From Alphaproteobacteria bacterium (GTDB lineage Bacteria > Pseudomonadota > Alphaproteobacteria > UBA7879), in NCBI GenBank assembly GCA_965178295.1, contig CBCXTT010000002.1, positions 240,381 through 304,380 of the forward strand: DNA of 64,000 bases, given 5' to 3'. The translations under genes and the position numbers were made by a program. Each line of letters opens with the position of its first letter. The stretch's first letter is position 1. The notes below the pieces were generated by a model. That model saw only the letters and a list, made by a program, of their open reading frames with translations, ran no database searches and had not been told where the DNA came from. This document shows positions 1 to 11,484 of the stretch, piece after piece.

Positions 1-318
1 TGAGCACCCCATCATAAATATACAAGCAGCAAGCATAATCTGCGAGAACAAAAGCCAACTTCGACGACGCCCCAGTAAGTTTGTCAAAAAAGGAATAGGG
101 GTACGGTCAACAATGGGCGCCCAGACAAATTTCCACGCGTACGGCATGCCCACGAGTGTAAAGAGTCCAATAGTTTTTTTGTCAATTCCTTTTTGTGCCA
201 GCCACCAAGTTAACGTAGACAGAGTCAGTAGCAATGGCAATCCACTAGAGAACCCTAAAAGACCAATGGTTAATAACCGGCGTGTACAATATACTGTTAA
301 TGTATCATAGAATTTCAT
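1..318 (-). CDS. ampG: AmpG-family MFS muropeptide permease; only the N-terminal 106 codons are present because the gene runs off the left edge
   Basis: My own minus-strand translation from ATG at 318 gives MKFYDTLTVYCTRRLLTIGLLGFSSGLPLLLTLSTLTWWLAQKGIDKKTIGLFTLVGMPYAWKFVWAPIVDRTPIPFLTNLLGRRRSWLLFSQIM... This tracks the AmpG N-terminus (LGFaSGLPLaLt, KTIGfFsLVG, KFlWsPlmDR, GRRRgWLL). It is absent from the ORF track because the window edge truncates it. Confidence 0.7.
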   Translation of the reverse strand, partial: MKFYDTLTVYCTRRLLTIGLLGFSSGLPLLLTLSTLTWWLAQKGIDKKTIGLFTLVGMPYAWKFVWAPIVDRTPIPFLTNLLGRRRSWLLFSQIMLAACIFMMGCS

Positions 319-333
319 TTCTTGAATCCAAAA

Positions 334-897
334 TTATTTTTTTGGATAATAAGCCAGTAACACTTTGTACGCAATACTTAGCTGCTTAAATTTCTCTTCA
401 GCCGCAGCATTCCCTGGGTTTACATCTGGATGATATTTTTTTACAAGGATTTTGTAACGATTTTTGAGCAACACATCATCGATCGGCCAGGATAGAGAAA
501 AAAAACTCAACGATTTTTTGACATTTTCTGGCAAAATTATCTCTTGCATCCGGGTGCCCGGGCCAAAAATATGAAACGGATTTCCCTTCACAGACGATGT
601 GTAAGCTTTGTGATTCTCTGCACTGTCAGAAAACGGTCTACTAGGACGACGCCAAGTCGCATCTGCATTCATCTCCGCAGTCATGACTTTTTCAGATTGT
701 CCTTTGTAGTAGTTCCAGTTCGCATTATATTCCTTGACATGCTCTAGGCAAAGGTAGATATAATCTCGTATGTCATATCTATTTTTCGGTGCTCTATGCA
801 TACCCTGCTGAGTGCAATCAGGATATGCACAGATAGGTGAGCGCACATTAGTCTTTTGGGGTGCAATAAAAGAGAATTTTACAGATTTCCTTGCCAT
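334..897 (-). CDS. J-domain (DnaJ-like) protein with a Cys/His-rich N-terminal half
   Basis: 187-aa ORF. The C-terminal J domain reads [38 protein letters not shown] and contains the HPD tripeptide. It is divergent from bolA with a 46-bp spacer. Confidence 0.8.
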   Translation of the reverse strand: MARKSVKFSFIAPQKTNVRSPICAYPDCTQQGMHRAPKNRYDIRDYIYLCLEHVKEYNANWNYYKGQSEKVMTAEMNADATWRRPSRPFSDSAENHKAYTSSVKGNPFHIFGPGTRMQEIILPENVKKSLSFFSLSWPIDDVLLKNRYKILVKKYHPDVNPGNAAAEEKFKQLSIAYKVLLAYYPKK

Positions 898-943
898 ATA
901 CCTTTATTACAATATTGATTAGGGTAAATTCAAGAAAAAAGTA

Positions 944-1204
944 ATGCATAATATGCTTGAAGAAAAAATAAAAAAAGCACTAGCTCCCAAAATACTAGAA
1001 ATCATTAACGAATCTAGTCAGCATGATGGTCACCCTGGATCGCCAAATACAGGAAACAGTCATTATCGCATCACCATTGTCTCTCACAAATTCCAAGGCG
1101 TACTTCCACTAGCTCGGCACAAACTCGTCTATAAAGTTTTATCGCAGGAATTAAAGACTATGCACGCATTATCGCTATCAGTCAAAACACCGGATGAAAT
1201 TTAA
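944..1204 (+). CDS. bolA: BolA family protein
   Basis: 86-aa ORF. ESSQHDGHPG...HYRITIVSHKFQGVLPLARHKLVYKVL fits the BolA signature (H..G...HF.i.ivS..F.G....RHr.vy..L). Confidence 0.85.
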   Translation: MHNMLEEKIKKALAPKILEIINESSQHDGHPGSPNTGNSHYRITIVSHKFQGVLPLARHKLVYKVLSQELKTMHALSLSVKTPDEI

Positions 1205-2532
1205 AGAAATATGCGCTGCCTCCTGCCTAAGGGAGGTGATGATCCGAGGAAAACTCAACTTTAACATTAGAGAAAGAAAAGGACGGCGCGCAGACGCATA
1301 TTTTGCACTACTACCAACAAGAGGTCCGACTGCCTATCGAGAGACTCTATTGCGGTCTGCAACAAACTGGAGGCATAGGATAGCGCCCATGCTCTTATTA
1401 TATACTGAAAATTAAGCAACAGATACTGCGACAATGCTATAAAAGAACCGGTGCAATTTTCTTTTTTTCTTGATTCTAAGGCATATGGATTTCTTGCAGT
1501 CCTCCTCTCTTCCAACTTCACCACAAGCGCGGCGTTCGTTCTATTCTTCAAACACGCCTTAAATTCGTGTCTTGCGGCTCTTAACCGATGTCACGCACAG
1601 CTTTGATTGGATCTACGAAGTAGAAAATTGCACCAGAATGCCAGTGCAGCAGTGCGCTGACTCACCAAAGACCAGGCGATATATACAGCCTACTTTACGT
1701 GCTCATCTCTCCTTCCCCATCTTTTGAAACCATCCAACGCCTCTTATATCCGCCTGGAACCGATTTGAGTGCACAGTACTCACAGATCATCAATCACAAG
1801 GAATTCCCCCACTACTTCTTTTCATCACCCAGACATATGTTGTCTGTGTCATTTTTTGGTCCCCTGTATAAAAATTTTCGTCCCCCTTCTGCTGGAAACA
1901 TGATGCGTGCAACATTGAGTGCATTCTCTGTGTCTCAAAACACTGGTGACGTTGTCGCGTTAAATTTTGACGACCTAGGGTTCGCCAGTGAGACGAGCGC
2001 AACAAAGGTATAGCCTCCTCCCAATTATATATCTCCTGTAGACAGTCCCCCCAGTACATCAAATGGCTAGATTTTGGCTTCATCACCACAACTCCCCCGT
2101 GGCGCACCTAAGAAGTGGGTAAACTACTGTGAAGAACGCGTTTTAGTGAACCATCCACTCTATCTCTCTCCATCTCAGTCACATAGTCGTGATATCTGTT
2201 GCAAGCATCCGACGCATCTCTGCACAGTACAGCAATCTAATCCCACCTGTTTTTGTTGCGATAGAGCGATCGTTTTTAGTGTCACCATCCTCACATCTAC
2301 TGCCGAAGAAATCATATATCCTCCAACCACATCCAAAAAGAACAGGAAAGCGCTCTGCGATGATCTGTATCCCATCCACTGTCTCCACGATCAGTGTCAA
2401 AACATGCTTGTGCGCCACACATATAGTGTAGTGTACCTCTGGTACACTTGTTCCGTAAGCAATCCTAAAGCTATACGTCGTGCTTGCTCTAGACAGATAA
2501 CATCTCCTGGTCGTTAGTTCACATCAGTCATT

Positions 2533-2566
2533 ATGTGTACGCACAATATATGTGTACGCAAAATAT
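2533..2566. repeat. Two tandem copies of a 17-bp unit, ATGTGTACGCA(C/A)AATAT
   Basis: Read directly: copy 1 (2533-2549) is atgtgtacgcacaatat and copy 2 (2550-2566) is atgtgtacgcaaaatat, with one mismatch. It lies in the ORF-poor block upstream of miaA. Confidence 0.9.
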
Positions 2567-2804
2567 GCTGCGCTCTAATTGGGGTAGAAATTTTTGGTTC
2601 TTGGCTTGCTAAATATGACGCTCTCAATCCATACACGCACTCATTACCTGTGCATTATATAATATCGCTTCGCTCACGATACTAGAATATCGTCCACGAC
2701 CAGCTCCCTCCTCATGGAAACAATAATATTTAGTGTCTTTTATTCCTTGGCATTTTGAATGTTTTTATGCTTCACTACCTCCATATATAAACGTGGGTCA
2801 GTCT

Positions 2805-3707
2805 ATGAAAATATATAGTATTGTTGGTCCAACAGCGAGCGGGAAATCAAATCTTGCCCTTGTGCTTGCCGAAAAAATAAACGGGGAAATTGTCAATGCA
2901 GATAGCATGCAAGTTTACTCAGTCTTGCCTATTTTATCGGCACACCCTGACATGTCGGCTCTCAAACGAATTCCCCACCATTTGTATGGATATCTTGCAC
3001 CATTGTCGCAAGAGGACGTGGTATCGTGGTGTAAAAAAGCAGCAGACATGTGCCGCGATCTTTATAAAAAAAACAAAATTCCTATTCTTGTAGGCGGCAG
3101 TGGTCTATATATCAAAACACTGATCAATGGCATTGCACCTATCCCCCCTATCCCCCAATGTGTGCGACAGTCTGTACAACGAACACTGGATGAAAGGGGT
3201 CTGAAAGAACTGTATAAAATCCTGAAAGCGCGAGACCCAGACATCACGATTGATCCAAATAACCCTATGCGTGTGATGCGTGCGCTGGAAGTTGTCACTC
3301 ACACACAGAAACCCTTATCCCACTGGAAAAAAATGCATCAGACCTCCTTCCTAGATGCCAATACAACAGTAATTTATTTAAAGCCTGCACGTCATATTCT
3401 CCATCAGCGCATTCATCAGCGCACTCTTTGGATGCTCAATCACGGCGCTATAGATGAAGTCAAGTCATTTCCAGTGCCTCTGCATGAGTCGGGTATTTTA
3501 AAAACCATTGGATATAAAGAAATTTCCTGTCATTTAGAAGGTAAAAGCACATATGACGAAATGATGAAAAAAATTGTAATTAAAACGCGTCAATATGCCA
3601 AGCGCCAAGAAACATGGTTTAACAATCAACTCAAAACTGATGTAGTGTTCAGCAGTACAGGCACCTCAGAAAAAGATATGCGAACAATGTTAGAGTGTGT
3701 CCGTTGA
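2805..3707 (+). CDS. miaA: tRNA dimethylallyltransferase
   Basis: N-terminal P-loop [15 protein letters not shown], then [18 protein letters not shown] and [15 protein letters not shown] moved the start to ATG 2805 from the GTG at 2733 in the ORF track. Confidence 0.9.
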   Translation: MKIYSIVGPTASGKSNLALVLAEKINGEIVNADSMQVYSVLPILSAHPDMSALKRIPHHLYGYLAPLSQEDVVSWCKKAADMCRDLYKKNKIPILVGGSGLYIKTLINGIAPIPPIPQCVRQSVQRTLDERGLKELYKILKARDPDITIDPNNPMRVMRALEVVTHTQKPLSHWKKMHQTSFLDANTTVIYLKPARHILHQRIHQRTLWMLNHGAIDEVKSFPVPLHESGILKTIGYKEISCHLEGKSTYDEMMKKIVIKTRQYAKRQETWFNNQLKTDVVFSSTGTSEKDMRTMLECVR

Positions 3708-4151
3708 TCCAAATCCCCGTCCCTGCCGACCTGTATTAGGATCAGATAGAGTGTTCACCTCTTCCCAAGATAGCTGCATAATAGGCGCTACCACTAACTG
3801 TGCAACGCGCAGCCCTCGAGAAATAACAAAAGCATCAGCACCATGATTGATAAGCAAAATTTTTATCTCTCCACGATAATCCGAATCCACAGTGCCTGGC
3901 GCATTAAGTACCGTCACCCCATGTATCAGCGCTAATCCAGATCGTGGGCGAATTTGTATCTCATAATTATCTGGTCCTTTAATAGAAAAACCGCTAGGAA
4001 CCAAAAAACGGGCACCGGGCTCCAGCACAACATCTTCTTCAACCGCTGCTTCCAAGTCCGCACCCGCTGAGCCTGCTGTTGCATAAAAAGGAAGCGACAG
4101 ATCATACCCATGTGCAAGTCGTTTTAATTGAACGGATTTCATGGCTTCCAC
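3690..4151 (-). CDS. dut: dUTP diphosphatase
   Basis: 153 aa with dUTPase motifs [26 protein letters not shown] and RGFGSTD. It overlaps the ubiE stop by 13 nt. Confidence 0.9.
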   Translation of the reverse strand: MEAMKSVQLKRLAHGYDLSLPFYATAGSAGADLEAAVEEDVVLEPGARFLVPSGFSIKGPDNYEIQIRPRSGLALIHGVTVLNAPGTVDSDYRGEIKILLINHGADAFVISRGLRVAQLVVAPIMQLSWEEVNTLSDPNTGRQGRGFGSTDTL

Positions 4152-4909
4152 CCCATGTAAATAGTGACAATACCTAAAGACAATTTTTTGTATGTCACAT
4201 GTTGAAACCCTGCATCTAAAATCATTGCTTTTAACACCTCAGGCTTTGGGAATTGTTGAATACTTTCAACAAAATATTGATATGCCGCCTCATCACGCGC
4301 CACATATTTCCCAATTTTTGGAATAATGCGAAGAGAATAAAAATTATAAAGAGGCTTTAGAAACGGATTATCAACTGGACCAAATTCCATGCACAAAAAT
4401 TGGCCACCGGATTTTAAAACACGATAGGCATCTCGTAACGCTTTTGCACGATGCGTCACATTTCTGAGACCAAAAGTCATTGTATAAATATCCTGACTAT
4501 TACCCTTAAATGGGAGAGATTCCGCATTGCTTTGAACCCATTGGAGCTGGTCACAAATCCCTCGATCTAAAGCCACAGTTCTCCCTGCTTCTAGCATCGC
4601 TGCATTAAGATCGAAGACAGTGATGATTCCACCAAGATCATGGTATTGTAAATGATGCCAGATACGCAAGGCAATATCTCCTGTGCCACCCGCCCCATCT
4701 AAGTAATGCTGATTGGGCTGAAAACGAATAAGAGAAACAAATTTATCCTTCCACAATCGGTGCAATCCGCCACTCATCAAGTCATTCATCAAATCATAGC
4801 GCGCTGCGACTTGGTCAAACACATCCTGCACACGAGACGTCTTTTCATCAGCATCAACACGCTTAAAACCAAAATCTACACTATCTATCATAGTGTGATG
4901 ATAGAGCAA
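4139..4909 (-). CDS. ubiE: Ubiquinone/menaquinone biosynthesis C-methyltransferase
   Basis: 256 aa. [18 protein letters not shown] and [11 protein letters not shown] (SAM-binding) are typical of UbiE/MenG. Confidence 0.9.
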   Translation of the reverse strand: MLYHHTMIDSVDFGFKRVDADEKTSRVQDVFDQVAARYDLMNDLMSGGLHRLWKDKFVSLIRFQPNQHYLDGAGGTGDIALRIWHHLQYHDLGGIITVFDLNAAMLEAGRTVALDRGICDQLQWVQSNAESLPFKGNSQDIYTMTFGLRNVTHRAKALRDAYRVLKSGGQFLCMEFGPVDNPFLKPLYNFYSLRIIPKIGKYVARDEAAYQYFVESIQQFPKPEVLKAMILDAGFQHVTYKKLSLGIVTIYMGWKP

Positions 4910-5268
4910 TAAATAGCTATTGAACAGCAGGAATTAAATAGTATAAGCCAATTGAGTTCTCCCGGTTTTTCATTGGTCCAACTTTTCTTCCTGTGCCATC
5001 ATACAATCTGTTCATCAAACTTTCATCACTGCGCACACAGCGAATCTGGCACCTTTTATATTGACTAATATGCGCGGCCATACGCAACACGCAATGCAGA
5101 AAATCATTCTCTCGAGAATCTGATGCCCCTTAAAAAAAACAGGCGCGAGAGTCAGTGGTCCCACAAGATATTCTCCGATATCATCACCGAGTCGAACAGC
5201 AATCCCTGTTCTAGATTGTTAATTTTGTTATTGAGTTGAGCAAAGATTTTATCAGAAAAAATATATTG

Positions 5269-8130
5269 CTAGGTTGATTCAATGTTGGCAACAGAAGGGG
5301 TAATGCTATTCACGTAAGGAAGCAAACACTTTCCTGTATAGCTTTTTTTTGCTTTTGCAACCTCCTCAGGCGTGCCAGTTGCAATAATTTCACCACCACA
5401 AGCTCCCCCTTCAGGACCAATATCAATCAACCAGTCTGCCGTTTTAATCACATCTAGATTGTGTTCGATCACAATAACCGTATTACCATAATCAACAAGC
5501 GTGTGTAAGACCTTGAGCAAACGCTTAATATCCTCAAAATGCAATCCCGTTGTAGGCTCGTCTAAAATATACACTGTTTTACCTGTTGCCCTTTTAGTAA
5601 GCTCTTTAGAAAGCTTAATACGCTGCACCTCGCCACCTGATAATGTTGTGGCTTGCTGCCCGATCTTTATGTATCCAAGGCCCACCTTCTGCAATGTCTC
5701 AAGCTTGGTGCGAATAAGCGATGTTGCCTCAAAAAAAGCAGCCGCCTCATCGATCGTCATATCCAACACATCCGCTATATTTTTGTCCTTAAATTTTACT
5801 TCACATGTTTCGCGATTATACCGTCTCCCATTGCATTGATCACATGTCACATAAACATCAGGCAAAAAATGCATCTCTACTTTAATAACGCCATCACCAC
5901 GACACGCCTCGCATCGGCCACCCTTCATGTTAAACGAAAACCTGCTTGGCGTGTAACCACGCGCTTTTGCCTCTGGTACTCGAGAAAACCATTCACGAAT
6001 TGGGGTCAACACCCCCGTATATGTTGCAGGATTCGATCTAGGGGTTCTACCAATAGGCGACTGATCGATATAAATTACCTTATCAATCTGCTCCACACCC
6101 TTAAGTGTTTTGTACAGTGCCGGTTCATGCGCTTCACCCAAATAGGACTTAAGAGCGTGGTAGAGAGTATCTACAACAAGAGATGACTTTCCCCCTCCCG
6201 ACACCCCTGTCACACAAACAAACCGCCCCAATGGAAAAACGGCATCCACGTTTTGTAAGTTATTGGCTGCAGCCCCTTCGAGACACACAACACGTTTCTT
6301 GTCAAATGAACGACGCGTCCCAGGCATAGAAATTTCTCGACGCCCGGATAGGTAATCACCGGTCACGCTCCCTTCGGAAGACATAAGATCCTGTGGTGTG
6401 CCTGCTGCAATAATTTGTCCGCCATTAATACCTGCCCCGGGGCCCATATCAATTACATAGTCTGCAGACAAAATGGCATCTTTGTCGTGCTCCACCACAA
6501 TAACGCTATTCCCAAGGTCTCGAAGATGCTTGAGGGATGTCAATAAATGATCGTTATCTCGTTGGTGTAACCCTATAGACGGCTCATCCAAAACATATAG
6601 TACACCTGTGAGGCCCGAGCCAATCTGTGATGCAAGACGGATGCGCTGGCTTTCTCCCCCAGATAGCGTGCCTGCCATACGTGATAGCGCAAGATAGTCA
6701 AGTCCTACACTCTTTAAAAACTGGAGACGTGTCTTAATTTCTTTTAACAGACGTGCAGCAATTTCATTCTGTTGATTGGTTAAAACATCAGGAACTTTTT
6801 GAAACCACTCAATGGCCCGGTCGATCGATAGATCGCACACAGCCGCAATATGCATTTGATTAATTTTTACACATAGCGCTTCTGGCTTTAATCGAAACCC
6901 GTGACAACTTTTACAAGGAGACCGCTCTTGGTAACGACTCAAGCTCTCCCGCACACGCTCACTCTCTGTTTCACTCCACCGGCGCTGTATATTTGGTATT
7001 ACCCCCTCGTAAGCTTTTTTTACTTCCCAATGGCGCACATCGTCTTTGTAATGAATCGATACAATTTTACCGTTGGAACCATGAAGCAAAACATCTTTCA
7101 CTTTTTCGTCTATGTTCTTAAAGGGGGTTTCCGGTGAAATTTTATAATGCTCTAAAACACTTACAAGGGTTTGGAGATAGTAGTCCGAAAACGGTCCATA
7201 CCACGGTTTTATAGCGCCCTCTAGAACAGATAGCTCTGGATTAGGTACAACTTTTTTTTCTGAAAAGAGCATCTCCTGCCCAAGACCATCGCACGCGGGG
7301 CATGCACCATATGGGCTATTAAAAGAAAAAAGCCTAGGCTCTATTTCAGGTAGACAGAAGCCAGACACAGGGCACGAAAATCTTTCTGAAAACACAAGGA
7401 CTTCTTGGGTGTCGCGCATTTGACAGAGAGCTAAACCATCTGAGAGCTTTAAGCAAGTATCCAGCGTATCAGCGATGCGTCCCTCTATACCTAACTTGAC
7501 CACCAAACGATCTACCACAACATCAATCGTATGCCGCACCTTGGGATTCAACGCAGGAATGACCTCTGCTTCGTAAAATGCTCCATCAATTTTAAAGCGC
7601 TGATATCCTTTGGCAATAAGATTCTCAATGTCTTGTCGGTACTCTCCCTTACGACCACGAACAATGGGTGCCATCAGATAAATCTTTGTCCCGACTTCAA
7701 GCGTCATGATTTTATCCACCATTACAGAGATGGATTGGCTTTCGATAGGCTGGCCCGTTTCTGGTGAAAAAGGGACGCCAATACGGGCAAACAGAACTCG
7801 ACAATAGTCATAAATTTCTGTAAGTGTTCCCACCGTTGATCTCGGGTTCTTTGAGGTTGTTTTTTGTTCGATAGCGATTGCAGGGGATAGGCCATCAATA
7901 GAATCAACATCTGGCTTTTGCATAAGCTGCAAAAATTGGCGCGCATAGGCTGATAAGCTCTCGATATAACGACGCTGACCTTCTGCATATAAGGTATCAA
8001 AAGCAAGGGAGGATTTTCCTGAGCCACTGAGACCTGTTATCACAACAAGCTTATTCTGAGGAATGGCACAAGAAATGTTTTTTAAATTGTGTGAACGCGC
8101 ACCCTTAACTGTTATTTGTCCGTCTTCCAT
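5269..8130 (-). CDS. uvrA: Excinuclease ABC subunit A
   Basis: 953 aa with two ABC modules ([12 protein letters not shown] and [11 protein letters not shown]), LSGGE signatures and zinc-finger Cys clusters (CPVSGF...CPACDG; CEACRGDG...CDQCNG). Confidence 0.97.
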   Translation of the reverse strand: MEDGQITVKGARSHNLKNISCAIPQNKLVVITGLSGSGKSSLAFDTLYAEGQRRYIESLSAYARQFLQLMQKPDVDSIDGLSPAIAIEQKTTSKNPRSTVGTLTEIYDYCRVLFARIGVPFSPETGQPIESQSISVMVDKIMTLEVGTKIYLMAPIVRGRKGEYRQDIENLIAKGYQRFKIDGAFYEAEVIPALNPKVRHTIDVVVDRLVVKLGIEGRIADTLDTCLKLSDGLALCQMRDTQEVLVFSERFSCPVSGFCLPEIEPRLFSFNSPYGACPACDGLGQEMLFSEKKVVPNPELSVLEGAIKPWYGPFSDYYLQTLVSVLEHYKISPETPFKNIDEKVKDVLLHGSNGKIVSIHYKDDVRHWEVKKAYEGVIPNIQRRWSETESERVRESLSRYQERSPCKSCHGFRLKPEALCVKINQMHIAAVCDLSIDRAIEWFQKVPDVLTNQQNEIAARLLKEIKTRLQFLKSVGLDYLALSRMAGTLSGGESQRIRLASQIGSGLTGVLYVLDEPSIGLHQRDNDHLLTSLKHLRDLGNSVIVVEHDKDAILSADYVIDMGPGAGINGGQIIAAGTPQDLMSSEGSVTGDYLSGRREISMPGTRRSFDKKRVVCLEGAAANNLQNVDAVFPLGRFVCVTGVSGGGKSSLVVDTLYHALKSYLGEAHEPALYKTLKGVEQIDKVIYIDQSPIGRTPRSNPATYTGVLTPIREWFSRVPEAKARGYTPSRFSFNMKGGRCEACRGDGVIKVEMHFLPDVYVTCDQCNGRRYNRETCEVKFKDKNIADVLDMTIDEAAAFFEATSLIRTKLETLQKVGLGYIKIGQQATTLSGGEVQRIKLSKELTKRATGKTVYILDEPTTGLHFEDIKRLLKVLHTLVDYGNTVIVIEHNLDVIKTADWLIDIGPEGGACGGEIIATGTPEEVAKAKKSYTGKCLLPYVNSITPSVANIEST

Positions 8131-8268
8131 TAATCACCACCTGAAAACCTAGCGCTTCGTATTCTGTCAAAACATACTGTAAATATCAAATGAAATACTT
8201 TTTGTGTTTTATTTTTAATGTCATTTCATGTAAAATATGGGAAGAATTTTAATTGTAGGAGAAAAAAA

Positions 8269-8871
8269 TTGAGTATTCTTGTTGGAAAAACTGCCCCTGA
8301 CTTTACAGCCCCAGCCGTCATGCCAAACAATAATATTGAGGAAAATTTCAATTTTAAAAACCACATAAAAGGCAAAAAAGGATTTATTTTTTTCTACCCT
8401 TTGGATTTTACTTTTGTTTGCCCCTCTGAGATTATTGCATTTGGAAACCGTCTTGACGAATTTAAAAAACGTCAAGTTGCAGTGATAGGCATTAGTGTTG
8501 ATTCACAATTCTCTCATCTCGCGTGGAAGAAGACCCCAGTCCAAAAAGGGGGTATTGGCGATATACAGTTCCCTCTTGTTGCAGATCTTACAAAATCCAT
8601 AGCACGAGATTACGACGTTCTAATGAATGACGCTGTCGCACTTCGTGGAGCATTTTTAATTGATGAAGATGGACTAGTGCGACATCAAGTGGTGAATGAT
8701 TTACCACTTGGTAGAAACATAGACGAAGCCTTGCGCATGGTAGATGCCCTAAACTTTCATCAAAAACATGGTGAGGTGTGCCCAGCAGGTTGGTGTGAGG
8801 GTGCAAGCGGCATGACCGCAACGGCTGAAGGTGTCGCAGTATATCTTGAGAAAAACGCGACAACATTATAA
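8269..8871 (+). CDS. ahpC: Typical 2-Cys peroxiredoxin (AhpC/Prx1 family)
   Basis: Peroxidatic FTFVCPSEI and resolving EVCPAGW. I prefer TTG 8269 (SILVGKTAPDF), which is preceded by AGGAG, over the ATG at 8218. Confidence 0.85.
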   Translation: MSILVGKTAPDFTAPAVMPNNNIEENFNFKNHIKGKKGFIFFYPLDFTFVCPSEIIAFGNRLDEFKKRQVAVIGISVDSQFSHLAWKKTPVQKGGIGDIQFPLVADLTKSIARDYDVLMNDAVALRGAFLIDEDGLVRHQVVNDLPLGRNIDEALRMVDALNFHQKHGEVCPAGWCEGASGMTATAEGVAVYLEKNATTL

Positions 8872-8935
8872 TATTTAATGTCAACCTTATGAGTGAGGCA
8901 ACACTGCTTCGCGCTCTATTTGTGGAATATAGCCC

Positions 8936-10453
8936 ATGTCCCGTAAACCGATTGTATTATGTGTACTAGATGGTTGGGGTGAATCACAAGATGGTACAAA
9001 CAATGCTGTTCTTAAGGCCCGCCTTCCAAACTGGTGTGCTTGGAAAAAGAAATATCCCTACTCTATGCTCAAGGCATCCGGTGACTCGGTAGGCCTCCCG
9101 TCTAGTCAAATGGGAAATTCCGAAGTAGGTCATACGACAATTGGAGCAGGACGTGTTGTCTTGCAGGATCTACCACGCATTCATCAATCCATATCTAATG
9201 ATACGCTCAAAAATCTTCCTGCCCTTGTCTCCTTAAAAAAAACGCATCGCTCTCAGACAGCATACCACCTGATGGGGCTGTTCTCCCCCGGTGGTGTGCA
9301 TAGTCACAGCGACCACATGTGGGCGCTGTGCAAAATTCTAGCTCCCGCACCCATAAAATTGCATTTATGGCTAGACGGACGAGATACACCGCCCAAAAGT
9401 GCGGTGGAGTTTTTGGAAGACGGCATATGCACACTATCAGCACTACCACATGTAAAGATTGCAACACTGATGGGGCGATATTATGCTATGGATAGAGACA
9501 AAAGGTGGGACCGGACAGAGCAAGCCTTTAACGCCATGATACTGGGTCAGGGAACAAGATTTAAGTACCCTGTTTCTGCGATTCAACACTGTTATGGTGC
9601 TAATCAAACCGATGAATTCATTACGCCAATGGTATCTGAGACCTATCACGGTATGGCTCCACATGATGAATTGATTGCATTTAACTTTAGGGCAGATAGG
9701 ATGCGTCAGATTTTGTCTGCACTTCTTTTACCGGACTTCAATAGTTTTCCCCGACCTGCAAACTATGTGCCCCCCCCTTGCACAGGCATGAAATCCTATG
9801 CAGACTTTTTATCTCCTCACATCAACGTACTGTTTTCGGATGTTGCTCCGAATAAAACACTCGGTTCAGTCATAGCGGATCATGGGGTGCCACAATTGCG
9901 TATTGCGGAGACAGAAAAATACGCTCATGTAACATTTTTTTTCAATGGTGGAGTTGAAGAAAGCTTTTCCCTCGAAGATCGTATCTTGCTGCCGTCACCC
10001 AAAGTCAAAACATATGACTTGAAGCCAGAAATGGCAGCGTATGATGTAACAAAAGCTTTGTGTGTAGCAATTCGCGAAAAAGAGTATGGGTTTGCTTTGG
10101 TGAACTATGCAAACCCAGACATGGTCGGTCATACGGGCAATATGAAGGCCACAATTCAAGCGCTAGAAATCATTGATACATGCTTAAAACAACTTTATGA
10201 CACTATCCTAGAAAAAGATGGTGTTCTTATTATCACAGCCGATCACGGTAATGTGGAAAAAATGTTTGATCAAGAAACACAGCAACCGCATACTGCGCAT
10301 ACTTGCAATCCTGTTCCATTTTTAGTGGCATGTAGAGAGTCGATCTCTTTAAAAAAAACAGGAACTCTTGCAGATATTGCACCAACAATTTTAGATTTGT
10401 TACACTTGGACAAACCTCAAGACATGTCTGGCCAATCTTTATTATGCGCTTAG
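8936..10453 (+). CDS. gpmI: 2,3-bisphosphoglycerate-independent phosphoglycerate mutase
   Basis: 505 aa with LDGWG, SEVGHTTIGAGRV, NYANPDMVGHTG and ITADHGN. Confidence 0.95.
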   Translation: MSRKPIVLCVLDGWGESQDGTNNAVLKARLPNWCAWKKKYPYSMLKASGDSVGLPSSQMGNSEVGHTTIGAGRVVLQDLPRIHQSISNDTLKNLPALVSLKKTHRSQTAYHLMGLFSPGGVHSHSDHMWALCKILAPAPIKLHLWLDGRDTPPKSAVEFLEDGICTLSALPHVKIATLMGRYYAMDRDKRWDRTEQAFNAMILGQGTRFKYPVSAIQHCYGANQTDEFITPMVSETYHGMAPHDELIAFNFRADRMRQILSALLLPDFNSFPRPANYVPPPCTGMKSYADFLSPHINVLFSDVAPNKTLGSVIADHGVPQLRIAETEKYAHVTFFFNGGVEESFSLEDRILLPSPKVKTYDLKPEMAAYDVTKALCVAIREKEYGFALVNYANPDMVGHTGNMKATIQALEIIDTCLKQLYDTILEKDGVLIITADHGNVEKMFDQETQQPHTAHTCNPVPFLVACRESISLKKTGTLADIAPTILDLLHLDKPQDMSGQSLLCA

Positions 10454-11484
10454 TTTTCCATATCTGTTTTTTGCTTCTTTTTTCCTTGGATGCTCGCGTA
10501 GAAGACATGAAATTCCCACACGACAAAGCATGCCAAAGCCTGCGTCAAAAGTTGGTTGCTTTTTCCAAAGGCGCACGTCAAAAAGAAATCGAATTACAGC
10601 GCACAGAAAAAAAGCTGGAGACCTTATCCGTGCGCAACAATGCGATCACAAAAGCGCTAGAGTTACGTTACAGCCAATTGCAAAAAATTATTTGTGCTGT
10701 ACAGAACCTCGCGCGACGCGGTCCCGAAGTTCTGGTCAGTACGGATACATCCATTAATGGTATTATTCATGCCTCTATGATGCTGCGGTCGCTAACTAAT
10801 ACTCTTGTACACCATAACAAAAAATTAAAGGTAGAATTGGAAGAACTCTCACAAATCCACAAGGAAATAGATCTAGAGCGGGCAAAGATAAAAAGTGCAA
10901 CACAAATTTTGAAAAAACGATATGACGAAATTGACAAATTGCTTAAACGAAGGCGTTCTCTTCTCAAGATGGAAGCGGAAAAGCAGCGTAAAATTGAGGC
11001 GCGTGCCAACAAACTGGCAAAAGAATCAGCGAACATTCATGAGCTGATCCGAAAAATGTCCGTGAAAAAGCCCGAGCCTGGGAAGAAAATTTCTCTTGAT
11101 CGTCATGGAAAATATGAGTTTCTACCTGTACAGGGGCCTGTTGTATCTATGTATGGTCACCCTTCCCCGAACAATCCAAATGGAAAAGGTATCGTTTTTA
11201 CATCCAGACCACAGGCCCTGGTATTATCTCCCATTGATGGAGAAATACTCTTTTCAGGTCCATTTAGACGCTATCAAAACCTTGTCATTATCAAACACCA
11301 CAATAACTATTATACGCTCTTAGCGGGTTTGGAACGTCTGGATGCAGAGGTTGGTAAACATGTAGAAGCCGGAGAACCTATAGGCCTTGTTCCAAACAAG
11401 AAAAATGCACCTATTTATATGGAATTAAGAGCCGAAAATGACCCCATCAATCCACAAGGATGGATAGAAAGTCTCATTCAGTGA
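10444..11484 (+). CDS. EnvC-like coiled-coil protein with a degenerate LytM/M23 domain (murein hydrolase activator type)
   Basis: Signal peptide, a long coiled-coil region and a C-terminal LytM fold (LSPIDGEILFSGPFRRYQNLVIIKHHNNYYTLLAGL). The usual HxH reads PIYMELR with no His, as in EnvC-type activators. Confidence 0.8.
   Translation: MRLVFHICFLLLFSLDARVEDMKFPHDKACQSLRQKLVAFSKGARQKEIELQRTEKKLETLSVRNNAITKALELRYSQLQKIICAVQNLARRGPEVLVSTDTSINGIIHASMMLRSLTNTLVHHNKKLKVELEELSQIHKEIDLERAKIKSATQILKKRYDEIDKLLKRRRSLLKMEAEKQRKIEARANKLAKESANIHELIRKMSVKKPEPGKKISLDRHGKYEFLPVQGPVVSMYGHPSPNNPNGKGIVFTSRPQALVLSPIDGEILFSGPFRRYQNLVIIKHHNNYYTLLAGLERLDAEVGKHVEAGEPIGLVPNKKNAPIYMELRAENDPINPQGWIESLIQ

Noticed and set aside
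1261-1500. Possible grxD (monothiol glutaredoxin) remnant after bolA (frame reading ...ERLYCGLQQTGGIG*, then ILRQCYKR compared with IRQGIKE)
   Set aside because: Synteny makes it attractive, but the matches are only 3-5 residues, the CGFS motif is not preserved, and the spacing to the upstream beta-strand motif is wrong. The evidence is too weak to annotate.
8131-8268. SOS/LexA box upstream of uvrA
   Set aside because: I looked for the alphaproteobacterial GTTC-N7-GTTC and the E. coli-type CTGT-N8-ACAG in the uvrA/ahpC divergent spacer. Neither was found.
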